This document shows, in pieces, positions 33,940-45,215 of a stretch of 64,000 nucleotides of DNA. A program made the translations under genes and the position numbers. The stretch lies in the NCBI RefSeq assembly GCF_000142905.1, contig NW_013657676.1, positions 62,001-126,000 on the forward strand, written 5' to 3'. Every line of letters begins with the position of its first letter. Positions within the stretch are counted from its first letter, which is position 1. The DNA comes from Thecamonas trahens ATCC 50062 (taxonomy: Eukaryota; Protista; Apusomonadida). The notes under the pieces are model-generated. The model was not told the origin of the DNA. It was given only the letters and a program-made list of their open reading frames with translations, and did no database searches.

Positions 33940-35898
33940 ATGTCTGAGCATAGCTGGACGGTGGCCAAGTTTCCGTTCTCAGCCACCGACGAGCGCCAGC
34001 TGGGGGTGGCCAAGGGTGAGGCCGTCCTTGTCGTCCGTCCGTCGGGCAACTGGTGGTATGCCCGATCAGCCACCGGTGCCGAGGGGCTCATCCCCTCCAA
34101 CTACATGAGCGGACTGATGACTGCTGAGGAAGCTGGTCTTGATCCTGGTTCTGTGCGCGCCTTTCTCGCCTTTGATGACCTTGATGCCGAAGGTGAGGCC
34201 GAGGCCGAGGGCGAGGCCGAGTACGTGGAGATCCTGGTCGAGATCGATGCCGATGGCGTTGAGCAAGTAGTTGCCGATGTCGAGAGTAAGGATGATGTGG
34301 CTGCTTTGCTTGCAGAAGCACAGCGTGAGGACTCGATGGTGTTGGAGGCCGCGACTGCTGTAGTGGCGGTTGAAGGGGCTGGCGCTGATGATGTTGCTGC
34401 GCTGCTGGGTGAGGGCACGAACCCTGATGGAACGGATGCGGATGATGTTGCTGCGCTGCTGGGTGAGGGCACGAATCCTGATGGAACGGATGCGGATGAT
34501 GTTGCTGCGTTGCTGGGTGAGGGCACGAATCCTGATGGAACGGATGCGGATGATGTTGCTGCGTTGCTGGGTGAGGGCACGAACCCTGATGGAACGGATG
34601 CGGATGATGTTGCTGCGTTGCTGGGTGAGGGCACGAACCCTGATGGAACGGATGCGGATGATGTTGCTGCGTTGCTGGGTGACGGCACGAATCCTGATGG
34701 GACGGATGCGGATGATGTTGCTGCGCTGCTGGGTGAGGGCACGAACCCAGACGCCACAGACGCCGACGACGTTGCTGCCCTCCTCGCCAACGACACACAC
34801 CCGGACGCCACAGACGCCGACGACGTTGCTGCCCTCCTCGCCAACGACACACAACCGGACGCCACAGACGCCGACCCGCCCAACGACTCCGCAGCTGATG
34901 CCGCTCCACTCGAGGCCGACCAGATACGGTGGGAGCAAGACGACGACGTCATCTCGAGTGTGGGCACGACCGAGGCGGCGGCAGAGCTTGTGGACACCAT
35001 GGGCGTCGACACCATTGTGCGCCTGGTAGTCGAGCAGGACGATGTCATGGGTCTGTCCGATCCGTGCCTCTCGTCGGTCGACCTCGGCTACGACGCATCC
35101 GATGACGCTCGCGCCATCCTGGAGGACATCACACTCGAGCCTCAATATGTGGAGCCCAAGCCGTCCCGCCGCCGCCGCCGACGGACCCGCGAGCAGGCCA
35201 AGGCTCACGCCCGTGCCCGCCGCGCCCACGCCAGGGCCCAGCAGGCAGCTGCCGCCAGCGCCCCCGCGCCCCCAAAGCCCAAGACGCTCGCCGAGCTCAT
35301 GGCCGACGCCGAACGGGTCGAACGCATCCAGCAGGCGAGCACAAGGTTGCAATACAAGGAGGAGGCCATGGCGCCGCCCACTGAGACCCTCCTCGAACGC
35401 AAGGACACGCCGTGGCGCAAGCGCACTGAGCCGCTGCGCCCACGCCGTACCCGTGCTCAGCCGCACTCGTCGCTCTTCCCGCCCCGCACTTCGATATTCG
35501 ACGACCCACTCCCGCACCCCCCGAATCCCCGGCCGGCCTCGCCGCTCCGGATTGGCCTCTCCTACATCGGCCGATCGTCGCCGGTATCCCCATCGCACTC
35601 ATCAGCGTGGACCCGCGAGCCATCGCACTACGCCTCGCCCACTCTCGGTATCTTTCCTTCCCCCTCCTTGCCGCACGCTCCGCCGCAACGTGCCGAGCCG
35701 TCCCGTGCCTCGCCCGCCTCCCTCGTCGCCGCCATCGAGCACTCGGCCGTCCGCCTCCCACCTGTCGAGCTGCCACTCGCCGGCGCCCCGTCCCGCCCGC
35801 TCCTTGTCCCTGACACCCGCGATCCCATCCGCGAGCAAGCCATCCAGGCCATCCTCCGCACCGTCCTCACCACCGCCAACTCGGCCATGGTGCCGTAA
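33940..35898 (+). CDS. SH3-domain protein with acidic 18-aa tandem repeats and a Pro-rich tail
   Basis: SH3 motif AKFPFSA...L...NWWYAR...EGLIPSNY, followed by DDVAALLGEGTNPDGTDA repeats. Confidence 0.8.
   Translation: MSEHSWTVAKFPFSATDERQLGVAKGEAVLVVRPSGNWWYARSATGAEGLIPSNYMSGLMTAEEAGLDPGSVRAFLAFDDLDAEGEAEAEGEAEYVEILVEIDADGVEQVVADVESKDDVAALLAEAQREDSMVLEAATAVVAVEGAGADDVAALLGEGTNPDGTDADDVAALLGEGTNPDGTDADDVAALLGEGTNPDGTDADDVAALLGEGTNPDGTDADDVAALLGEGTNPDGTDADDVAALLGDGTNPDGTDADDVAALLGEGTNPDATDADDVAALLANDTHPDATDADDVAALLANDTQPDATDADPPNDSAADAAPLEADQIRWEQDDDVISSVGTTEAAAELVDTMGVDTIVRLVVEQDDVMGLSDPCLSSVDLGYDASDDARAILEDITLEPQYVEPKPSRRRRRRTREQAKAHARARRAHARAQQAAAASAPAPPKPKTLAELMADAERVERIQQASTRLQYKEEAMAPPTETLLERKDTPWRKRTEPLRPRRTRAQPHSSLFPPRTSIFDDPLPHPPNPRPASPLRIGLSYIGRSSPVSPSHSSAWTREPSHYASPTLGIFPSPSLPHAPPQRAEPSRASPASLVAAIEHSAVRLPPVELPLAGAPSRPLLVPDTRDPIREQAIQAILRTVLTTANSAMVP
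34387..34872 (+). repeat. Coding tandem repeat, 9 x 54 bp
   Basis: Units of gatgatgttgctgcg(c/t)tgctgggtgagggcacgaa(c/t)cctgatggaacggatgcg; the last units are C-rich variants. Confidence 0.93.
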
Positions 35899-35982
35899 TA
35901 CACACGCTATCCCACCCCCTGCCGCCGGTCCGGCTCACGCCCACAACGACACACTCGACTCAACTCCCCGTCTGTCTCCATC

Positions 35983-37519
35983 ATGTCTCGCCGCCCCCGA
36001 AGAGGCCGTGTCAAGGTCCCCAGATTCCGCGTCGACCTCGACGATGCTCCCACCGACAGATGGACCCACATTGTGCGAGAGTGTACGTGCCCCAGTACAC
36101 AGGGTCTTCCCCTTCCCCCCCTCCCCCCGCACCCTTCCTCCCCCCCTCTCCAACTCACAACAGAATGAATGCATTCCTTCTTAACTTTCCTTCTCACCCT
36201 TCCCCCCCCCCCACACACACACAGATAAGGAGGACTTTGTGGCCATCCGCGCACAGCTGCAGGAAACAATCCGCGAGGAGGCTGGACCACGGCTGGGTGC
36301 GTTCATCGAGTCGGTGCTCTCGACTTTGATGTCGACAGTGACCAAGATGGGTGCTGTCTACTACGGTGCAGAGCTCAAGGGCATCGCTCGGGAGACTGGC
36401 ATGCCGCTCGGCATGCTCGCCGTCCTCCAGCTGGTATACGAGGCATCAGCCGCGTGCACAAGCATTGTCGTTCCGTGCGGTGAGGGCCCGCCGGTCCACA
36501 TCCGTACCATGGACTGGGAGATGGACTTTCTTCGCCCGCTCACCATCGAGGTCGAGTTCTGGCGCGATGGTGTGCCACTGTATGTCGCGCCGACCTGGGC
36601 CGGGGCTGTCGGCGTCCTCACCGCCTGCAAGACCGGTGCGTTTTCGGCCTCGGTCAACTTTCGCCTCACCGAAGACGGCTCGTACTGGGGCAATGTCAAG
36701 CGCCTGCTGGCCCGCTCATGGCCGATCGGCTTCCTCCTCCGCGAGGTCTGTGAGTCTACGCAAGCCTACGCCGACGCCGCCGACATCCTTGCCACTGCTT
36801 CGCTCGTCGCCCCGGTCTACTTTACGCTCTGTGGCATCGCTCCGGGCGAGGGGTGCATCATCACACGCGGGCCATCCGTCGAGGAGCGCCGATGGGAGCT
36901 TGCCGCCGACGGACCGTGTGTCCAGACCAACGTCGATTACTTTGACGTCGACGGCGAGTCGGACATCATGTGGTCGCGCGAGCGCCTTGCTCTCGGCCGC
37001 TCGCTGGTAGACTCGCTCTCGACCAGCCCCGATCGCGAGGCCCTGTTTGGTCTTGTCTCGACGTGGCCCATCTGCAACGAGCTCACCGTCTACGCCTCGT
37101 ACTTGGAGCCGATCACCGGCGTCGTCAAGACCTACCTCCCGAACACCCGCTCTGGCTTCCGCCACCGCTCCACCGCCGTCGCTGGGCCCGATGCTCGCGT
37201 CCGCTGCCGTAATTGCCGCACTCGCTTCACTGAGAGCCTCAACGCTTCTGGCCGCTGCGCCCACGTAGGTGACTGGCACGCCGCCTACAACGACTGCTCC
37301 AAGATCAAGTGCGCCTGGGGCCTCAAGTCGTCCATCGGCAAGCAGCATTGGTCCTGCTGCTTCTCTACCTCGCGCCGCTCCCGCGGCTGTCCGCGCTCTG
37401 GCGCACACGTTCCCGGCTCTGACAGCGATAGCGAGAGCGATAGCGATGACTCATCACACTCACCTGCCTCATCATCGTCGAGCTCATCATCCGTCTCCGC
37501 TGTGTCGTCGGCGTCCTGA
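35983..37519 (+). CDS. Acid ceramidase/NAAA-like Ntn hydrolase with a C-terminal Cys/His-rich domain; intron 36083-36224
   Basis: VDLDDAPTDRW, YGAELKGIA, nucleophile motif ACTSIV, HIRTMDW, LVAPVYF, GEGCIITR and VQTNVD. Confidence 0.88.
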
Positions 37520-37559
37520 TTGAACGCCCCTTGCTCGGTCACACCTCTCTCCACCAGCC

Positions 37560-38624
37560 ATGGACTCCTCGCCACCGATCACTATTCCCATCACCACAGC
37601 CCCCGACATCGTCATTGCTCTCGCCCACCGCTGGCTCCCGTCAGACCTCGTCCCGCAAAAGTCATCCGATGTCGAGCTCGACGTCGCTCGGCCCGACGGC
37701 TCAGGCGTCGCCCATATCGCAATCTCGCCACCGACATTGACCTCCAGCCAGCCAGCCCTCTCAGCCAAGGCGCATAGTCTGCTCCGTCGCACCCATCGGG
37801 CGCCAGTCCCGTCGCCGCGCGGCTCGGTGGTCATCACCGCGCCCGATCCGCTCACGGGGAGACGCCTCGCCCGCGCGCTCCGGGCCTGGGACTCGGCCGG
37901 GTGGGCGCGATGGCGCGGGCCACTGGCATGCGCCCTCGCCTTTGACCGCATCACTGCTGCTCTACAGACAAACGTTTCTGCGGCAGGCTGGGAGTTGGAC
38001 CGCAGCGATGCGCCTGCACTGGCCACCGCCGCTCTGGCGGTGAGCCTCTGGGCCGACGCCGGGCCAGTCGCCTTTGTCGAGCTCGGCCCCGGCTCGGGCC
38101 TCCTCAGCCTCGCCCTCGTTTCTGCCGGCCACCTCTGCCTCGGCAGCTATGACGTTGTTGCCCGTGGCGAGTGGGCCTCGCTCCCGCCGCTCGTTGCTGC
38201 CCGCATGGCCTGCGTCCCGGCCCTCGCCGACCTACCCGCTCAGAGCGCTCCCGCCGTCGCCAAACTTAACGCCCTCACCCACGACGCCGACTGGATCGTT
38301 GGCGTCCACTGCGATGCTGCCACGCCGTGGGTCGTCGCTGCCGCCGCCGCCGCCAACGCCCGCTACCTTGTCGTTCCCTGCTGCCCGCACACCCTTGACG
38401 GCTCGCTTCTCGTGGACTCGGTCCTCGACGCCGATCCCACCGTCCACCAGCGCTACCGTGCCTACCTCGCTGCCATCGCGGCTCCTCCTTCGACGCTAGA
38501 CGCTGGGTCCAGCCTCCCACCACAGCCCACGCCGCACCCCCTCCCCATCTCGTCGCCCGGCTACATCGCTCTCGTCTCGCCCGCTCCATCGCCGGAGGCC
38601 GCGTCATCAACTGCCAACTGCTGA
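37560..38624 (+). CDS. TRM44: Divergent tRNA(Ser) Um44 2'-O-methyltransferase (Trm44-like)
   Basis: FVELGPGSGLL, DWIVGVHCDAATPW, VVPCC and RYRAYL parallel the Trm44 motifs FVDLGCGNGLL, DWLIGNHSDELTPW and LPCC. Confidence 0.7.
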   Translation: MDSSPPITIPITTAPDIVIALAHRWLPSDLVPQKSSDVELDVARPDGSGVAHIAISPPTLTSSQPALSAKAHSLLRRTHRAPVPSPRGSVVITAPDPLTGRRLARALRAWDSAGWARWRGPLACALAFDRITAALQTNVSAAGWELDRSDAPALATAALAVSLWADAGPVAFVELGPGSGLLSLALVSAGHLCLGSYDVVARGEWASLPPLVAARMACVPALADLPAQSAPAVAKLNALTHDADWIVGVHCDAATPWVVAAAAAANARYLVVPCCPHTLDGSLLVDSVLDADPTVHQRYRAYLAAIAAPPSTLDAGSSLPPQPTPHPLPISSPGYIALVSPAPSPEAASSTANC

Positions 38625-39086
38625 CGCTCCCTCCCCCCCTCGACCTGCAAGCCACGCCATGCCACCTTTCGGCGAACACACATTCCACTGCCACAACCGC
38701 CACGTCCCCACACTCAATCACTCTCCCGATAATCGGCGAAACCGGAGCGACGCGGCGCGACGCGGTGCTATTTTTGCCCACCACCCTGCTCCACCCAAGC
38801 ACGCCACACGCACCCCACAGCTGCATGTCTCCGCCCAAACACCGACGCAATACTCAAGCAATGTGTCTACCGCCGGTCGTCCAAGATCTCGCCCTCTGGC
38901 ATGCTCTTTATCGTCAGTACTCGCCATAGAGGGCCCGCAATGATCGGAAATGAAAGCAGCTGCGGAGGAAAAACGACGCACGTGTCGTCATTCCCAACAA
39001 GAATCAATGGGATGGAACAAATAGTCTGTGGGTGGCTCTCCTGCATAACCCGGCACCCCCTCTCTCCGCACCTCCCATTTTGAACA

Positions 39087-41104
39087 ATGGCTGCTTCCAA
39101 CACCAATGAGACCTTTGTGGTCGACTCCGAGTCTGTCTCCTACACGGATGACGCCATTCTCGCCTCCTACGACTACTCGGTCACCCGCGTGACCAAGAAC
39201 GAGGCCGGCAAGACTGTTGTCAAGCCCACCACCCGGACCTACGAGTTCAAGACCGAGCGTGTGGTGCCCAAGGTCGGCATGATGATTGTCGGCCTCGGCG
39301 GCAACAACGGGACCACCGTCACCGCCGGCATCCTTGCCAACCGCGAGTACGCCACACTGCGCATGCCCCCTCCCTCCCCTTCCCCTTCCCCGTACCAGTC
39401 CTTCCACTCTTGCCCCCCCTCTCCCCCGTCATGCTCGCCTATTCCCCCCCGTCATGCTCCCGCGCCATACGCGGGAGGTGCGAAGCCGTCACGTCGGTTG
39501 GATTTTGCCACGTCGACGCGCCGTCAAGTTCCCCGTCTGCAACGAGCCTACCGCGCCGCCAGCGCATGCCACTCGCACGCACAATACCCATAGGGCTTGC
39601 GTGTCTACTCGGTGCTCTCCACGGCTTGTTCTTCCTCTGCGGCCCCGTCCTGGCGAGCTACACGCGCCTTGGCAAGCCATTTGTGCACGGCTGACGGAAC
39701 GCTGGAACGCGACGTTGGCCCGGCGGCGGCCTTTTGGGTCGATCAATTTTTTGCCAGAGCACCCCCCACCCACCACCCACCACTTACCGCCGAAAATCTT
39801 GCAGGGGCATCTCGTGGCGCACCAAGCGCGGCATCCAGGAGCCGAACTACTACGGTTCGGTCACCCAGGCTTCGACGCTCAAGCTTGGTGTCGATGCCAA
39901 CGGCGACGACGTGTACGTGCCGTTTGCCGAGGTCCTCCCGATGGTCAACCCGAACGACCTCGCCATCGGCGGCTGGGACATCAACAACATGAACCTCGCC
40001 GACGCCATGGACCGTGCGCAGGTGCTCGAGTACGACCTCCAGCGCCAGCTGTACCCGCTCATGAAGGAGATGGTCCCGCTTCCGTCGATCTACTTCCCCG
40101 ACTTTATCGCCGCCAACCAGTCGGACCGCGCCAACAACGTGCTCGAGGGCACCCACGAGGAGCTCGTCGAGAAGATCCGCGCTGACATCCGCGAGTTCAA
40201 GGCCGCCAACAACCTCGACTCGGTCATCGTCCTCTGGTCCGCCAACACCGAGCGCTTTGCCGAGATCCGCGAGGGCCTCAACGACACCAAGGACAACCTC
40301 ATGGCCGCCATCGCCCGCTCCGACGCCGAGGTCTCGCCGTCCACCCTCTTTGCTGTTGCCTCGATCCTCGAGGGCTCGCCGTACATCAACGGCTCGCCGC
40401 AGAACACCTTTGTGCCCGGCGTCTTTGAGCTCGCCGAGGAGCACGGCGTCCACATCGGTGGTGACGACTTCAAGTCGGGCCAGACCAAGATGAAGTCGGT
40501 CCTCGTCGACTTCCTCGTCTCGGCCGGTATCAAGCCGACCTCCATCGTCTCGTACAACCACCTCGGCAACAACGACGGCAAGAACCTCTCCGCCCCCAAG
40601 CAGTTCCGCTCCAAGGAGATCTCCAAGTCCAATGTCGTCGACGACATGGTCGCCTCTAACCCCATCCTCTACAAGGAGGGCGAGCACCCCGACCACACCG
40701 TCGTCATCAAGTACGTGCCGTTCGTCGGCGACTCGAAGCGTGCCATGGACGAGTACACCTCGGAGATCTTCCTCGGTGGCCACAACACCATCGCCCTGCA
40801 CAACACCTGTGAGGACTCGCTCCTCGCCGCCCCGCTCATCATCGACCTCGTCATCCTTGCCGAGCTCCTCTCGCGCATGCAGTGGCGCATCAAGGGCGAG
40901 GAGGAGTACAAGCCGTTCCACCCGGTCGCCTCGGTCCTCTCCTACCTGCTTAAGGCCCCGGTCGTCCCGCAGAACACCCCGGTCGTCAACGCCCTCTTCA
41001 AGCAGCGCATGATGATGGAGAACCTCTTCCGTGCCTGCGTCGGCCTCCCCTCGGACAACTTTATCCACCTCGAGCAGAAGACCAACCCGGCCGACCTCCT
41101 CTGA
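39087..41104 (+). CDS. INO1: myo-inositol-3-phosphate synthase; intron 39347-39804
   Basis: [48 protein letters not shown] and [13 protein letters not shown]. Confidence 0.97.
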
Positions 41105-41134
41105 TGGACGATCCGCCTGTGTGTTGCCTCTCAT

Positions 41135-44100
41135 TCATTGATCACTCTCACTAAACGCGTTGGAAGCGCCCGCCGTCCTCCTGCCAACCGCAGCCAACAG
41201 CTTCTCAGAGTACGTGGCGAGCAGCGCTGTCATCGCCGCCTCGGGCACCAGTCCGCCGCCGAGCGACTGCGACGCCCGAACCACGCTCGCATCCAGCTCG
41301 CTGCTCGCCTGCCCGGCCGCCGCCAGCTCGGCCTGCACCGCAAGTGCTGCTGCCACTGCCTCGCTGAGCGCTGCTGCCGCCTGGCTCGCCCGCACCTCGA
41401 GTCGACTTGCCCCGCCTCGCGTCGGTGGCGGAGACGGCGGCGGCGTCGTCAACTCGGCCGCAGCCGCGTGCAACGGCGGTGGCGACGGCGACGGCGACGA
41501 ATTCACCGCTTGCAACGGGGTCGGCGAGCTCGGCGGGCCAGTCGTGAGCACGCTCAGTGGTGCCAGTTCCAGCTCGGCCCGCTTGCCGGCCGCGGCGACC
41601 TCGCCCATGGCCACCCCGGAGCCATCCGCTGGAACCACCGGCGAGACGCACGAGATCGGCGGCGCAACCGCCACAGGCACATGGAGCGCCTCCACAGAGA
41701 CATGTTTGCCGCTGCCCTGCTTGGGCGTGCCCTCCAGCGGGGAATCGCGCTCCAAATCGCCCTTGGGAGAGAAAAACGCCGACGAGCCGTCCGACTCGTC
41801 CGCCGCCTCCTCGTCCACCTCGACTTCCTTGGCAACGTCCGCCTCGTCATCGGTCGCCACCTCGGTCGCCACTTCAGACGCAGGCGACGAAGCCGCCGAG
41901 CCTTCTGACACCACAACTGAGTCCAGACCGTCGTCGGTCGCTACTTCGGACGCCGGGGTCGAGCTCGCAGATGCCGTCGACGCTGCAGACTTGGAAATGA
42001 GCATCCCGAGCTCCGCCAGCCGAGCCCGCATCTTCTCCACTTCAGCCAGGTGCTGCTGCCGCTTCTGCGACTTGAGCTTCTCGCGCTCGCGGATGAGCGA
42101 GACGTCAGCGGCAGGCTTGGGCGGCAGCTGAGCCGCCATCGCTGCCGCGCTCACCAGCCCGGAGGCTGCGCTGGTGCCCTTGCCCGCCACATGTCGCGTC
42201 GACAGCGACAACCGTGCAGGGTTGACCGCCGGCATGCCCGGCCCGCTCGAGCCCGATAGGAACGCCGCAAACTGCGCACCCGATGTAAACTCCTCCGAGC
42301 CGCCATCGTCGCTCGCCGACTCGACTTCCTCGGCCCCAGCGGCAGAGTCGGACGAGATCGAGCCCATCAACACCTCGACGTCTTCGAGCTGGGCAACCTC
42401 CTGGGGCTGCACTGCCACCACGTCGAGCTTGGTAGGCGTAAAACTCGGTGGCCCGTCGAGCACAAGCCCAGACTTACGGAGCACGCCCGGCAGCGGCTCG
42501 TCGTCGGTGTGCAGCCGGCGGATGCCAAACGGCGAGTCGCCCACCAACTTTGGCGGCGGGACCGCGCCCACGGGTCGACTTGGCGTCGCAGGCTCGGCCA
42601 CAAGCGCTGGCGGAGACAGCCCCGATGCTGGTTCAGTCGGCGGTGACGCCGACGGGTTTCGCGCGTTCAGCTCCCGGAGCGTCGACTTGCGCAGCGACTC
42701 GCGCTTCTCCAGCGAGTCGATGACCGGGTGCGGGTGGATGGCAGGCTCCGCAGGCGCCGGTGACGGCGTCGCCGGAACGTTGTCGTCGGGACTCGCGGGC
42801 ACGGGTCGGGTCGGCGTGCGTGGCTTGGCCGGCGTCGTAGGCGCACTCGAGCCCGGTGACGTCGTAAGGTTCTCCAGCTCGGCCTCTCGCTCCGCCATCG
42901 CCTCCGTGAGCGCCGGCGGGAGGTGCCAGACAAAGACCGTGCCGTCGGCACCGGTTGAGACCAGCCGCTCGCGATCAGGGAGAAAGGCCGCAGAGGTGAT
43001 GAGGTCGGCGTGACCCCATGCTTCAGCAACAACGTCGCCAGAGAAAAAGTCCACGATCCGCAGGCACCGCGAGAGCTCGCAGGTGGCGGTAAAGAGGCCC
43101 GACGGATCGTTAGCGAGCGCAATACCGACTCCGCCCGAGGTGTACCGTCGCAGTGTCGTCCCGGACTCCACCTCGACCAGGGCCATGCCCTTGGCCTCGC
43201 CTACCGTCAGCACCTTGTCGCCCTTGGGATCAAGCGCCAGGTCGTAGACCTTACCCGGCTCGCCCAGCCGCCGAGGAGCGCCGCCAACCTTCACCCCGTC
43301 CTCGCTCGCCTCGAGATCGCGGGCAAGGACCGAGCCGTCGGCGCCGGCCGAGACCAGCGCCGCTGGTGCGGCAAAAACAAGCGCGTTCACCGCCGCCCCG
43401 TGGTCGTCCAGCGTCGCCGCCAGCGTGTACTCGGCTTTCGACGCGTCGAGGACGTGCACCAGCCCGTCGCGCGACGTCGACGCCAGCACTGGGCGCGATC
43501 CCACGGTCCCATACGCCAGCGCCAGCACATCGCCGTCGTGAGCTTCGAGATAAACCAGCTCCTCGAGGCTCGCCAAGTCGTGGACGCGCACGTTTCCGAT
43601 GCGGTCGCCCGACGCCAACGAGCGCCCGTCTAGCGAGAGAGCAAGTGCCCGGACGCCCTCGTTGTAGTGCGGGACTGTGTCGGTGAGGACGCCACACGTC
43701 GAGACTGACGCGCCCATCAGCTGAGTGTGACCGTCGTTGACAAACACCACATGCCGCAGATCCGGTGAGTACGCCGACGCCCCGTGCCCAATCTCCCACA
43801 CCCTGATGGTGTTGTCTGATGAGGCCGTGGCAAAGACGGAGGCGCCGAGACCTGGCAGTGCGACCGCGTCCCATACCCCGGCTGCGTGTCCCAGCTCAGA
43901 GTAGGCTTTGACCACCGCACCCGGCCGCGAAATGTCCCACACGTACGTCGACGTGTCCGAGTACACTACCGCAAGGAGGGTGGCACCGCTGCGGGCAAGC
44001 GCGCAACTCACCGCCGTCGCGTCCGGGTACACCACGTTGTCCAGCGGTTTTTCCGGGTACGGCTCGGCGCTGGCGGCAACGTTGAGCGCCGGTGAGATCG

Positions 44101-44986
44101 GATGTGGCCGCGGCAGCGTCGCGACGTACTTGAGCGTCGAAGCGTCAAAGGCGCGGAGAACGCCGTCAGAGCACGCCACCGTCAGCAGTGAGCCGCACGG
44201 CGTCGCCGCCATGCCAAACGCGTGGCTTGTCTTGAGATCAACCCACTTGTCGAGCGCCAACCGAGTGAGCGAGAGTAGCGCGAGCACACCATCCGACGAG
44301 AGCGCGTAGAGTGCACCCTTGGCCGCGCCCGCTGCCGCCACCTCGTCGCTCGCCAGCATGACGCCGGCCACAAACGTCTTTCCCCGCAGCGCGCCAAGCG
44401 TCAAGCTCTTTCCAGCCATCTTGTTACCTCCCGAGTACGCCCATCGCATGCAATGGCGCTCGCCAAAGGAGAAAAGCGACTCGCCATCCGGCGACCAGGC
44501 GAGACTGTGGATGGCCGCCGGGACGGCCGCCTGTGACAGGACGCGACCCGAGGGGACGTCGAGGAGGGCAATGCGCGTGACTCGCTTGACCGAGGTCAGC
44601 GTGGCCAGAATCGGATGGGTCGGCGACCAGCAGATGGCAGTCACCTCCGCTGCCCGAGGATCGATGATGGCCTCAACCTCGCCCGAGGCCCAGTCCCAGA
44701 TCACGATGCGAGGCATGTCCGGCATGTTCTTCCTGGAACCCGCACGACGTCTCTTCCGCATTCGTGGCTTCTCCGCCGCCGCAATCCGCTCGCCATCGCT
44801 TGACCATGCCACCGAAGCAAGCGCTGTGTTGTCGGGCGTCTTGAGGTATGCGACCTGGTGGCCGGAACCCGGCTCAGTGACCACCACCACCGCGCCGGCA
44901 AGGGTGGCCACATAGCCCTCGGTGGGATGGGTGGCGAGGCCACGAACACTCGTTCTTCCCAGTACGCGCTCCAAGCACACCTCCAT
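41135..44986 (-). CDS. WDR62/MAPKBP1-like WD40 scaffold
   Basis: LERVLGRT, LDKWVDLK, TLPRPH, YPDA, GDRIGNVRVH, AHDGDVLAL, SRDGLVHVLD and TLDDH, followed by a long disordered tail. Confidence 0.85.
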   Translation of the reverse strand: MEVCLERVLGRTSVRGLATHPTEGYVATLAGAVVVVTEPGSGHQVAYLKTPDNTALASVAWSSDGERIAAAEKPRMRKRRRAGSRKNMPDMPRIVIWDWASGEVEAIIDPRAAEVTAICWSPTHPILATLTSVKRVTRIALLDVPSGRVLSQAAVPAAIHSLAWSPDGESLFSFGERHCMRWAYSGGNKMAGKSLTLGALRGKTFVAGVMLASDEVAAAGAAKGALYALSSDGVLALLSLTRLALDKWVDLKTSHAFGMAATPCGSLLTVACSDGVLRAFDASTLKYVATLPRPHPISPALNVAASAEPYPEKPLDNVVYPDATAVSCALARSGATLLAVVYSDTSTYVWDISRPGAVVKAYSELGHAAGVWDAVALPGLGASVFATASSDNTIRVWEIGHGASAYSPDLRHVVFVNDGHTQLMGASVSTCGVLTDTVPHYNEGVRALALSLDGRSLASGDRIGNVRVHDLASLEELVYLEAHDGDVLALAYGTVGSRPVLASTSRDGLVHVLDASKAEYTLAATLDDHGAAVNALVFAAPAALVSAGADGSVLARDLEASEDGVKVGGAPRRLGEPGKVYDLALDPKGDKVLTVGEAKGMALVEVESGTTLRRYTSGGVGIALANDPSGLFTATCELSRCLRIVDFFSGDVVAEAWGHADLITSAAFLPDRERLVSTGADGTVFVWHLPPALTEAMAEREAELENLTTSPGSSAPTTPAKPRTPTRPVPASPDDNVPATPSPAPAEPAIHPHPVIDSLEKRESLRKSTLRELNARNPSASPPTEPASGLSPPALVAEPATPSRPVGAVPPPKLVGDSPFGIRRLHTDDEPLPGVLRKSGLVLDGPPSFTPTKLDVVAVQPQEVAQLEDVEVLMGSISSDSAAGAEEVESASDDGGSEEFTSGAQFAAFLSGSSGPGMPAVNPARLSLSTRHVAGKGTSAASGLVSAAAMAAQLPPKPAADVSLIREREKLKSQKRQQHLAEVEKMRARLAELGMLISKSAASTASASSTPASEVATDDGLDSVVVSEGSAASSPASEVATEVATDDEADVAKEVEVDEEAADESDGSSAFFSPKGDLERDSPLEGTPKQGSGKHVSVEALHVPVAVAPPISCVSPVVPADGSGVAMGEVAAAGKRAELELAPLSVLTTGPPSSPTPLQAVNSSPSPSPPPLHAAAAELTTPPPSPPPTRGGASRLEVRASQAAAALSEAVAAALAVQAELAAAGQASSELDASVVRASQSLGGGLVPEAAMTALLATYSEKLLAAVGRRTAGASNAFSESDQ

Positions 44987-45215
44987 CGCGTCGCCCTGGT
45001 CGCAGCAAGGGCAGAACACACAGAAGTGCTGGAAGGCGCGTGGTGTGTGGCTGGGTGGCGTCTGTGGCGGGCGCCCAGCCCAAGTGGCGCCAAACTCGGA
45101 ATTCAAGGAACGTTTTGAATGCGGTTCGCATCAGAGTGACGGTCCGGTCACTCACTCGCCCAACTGTCGCCGCATGGTAATGTCGGCGACAGTTCATGAT
45201 GCGCCGAGAAAGCGT

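Noticed and set aside
38940-39020. CACGTG E-box and small hairpins upstream of INO1 as an inositol-responsive element
   Set aside because: A single hexamer is expected by chance and does not match the yeast UAS-INO consensus.
39470-39745. snoRNA in the complex core of the INO1 intron
   Set aside because: No C box (RTGATGA) paired with a D box, and no clear H/ACA structure.
39743-41134. 463-aa antisense ORF over INO1, and similar long shadow ORFs at 11039-12721, 34066-35598 and 53684-55441
   Set aside because: Expected by-product of high GC and biased third codon positions; no recognisable motifs.
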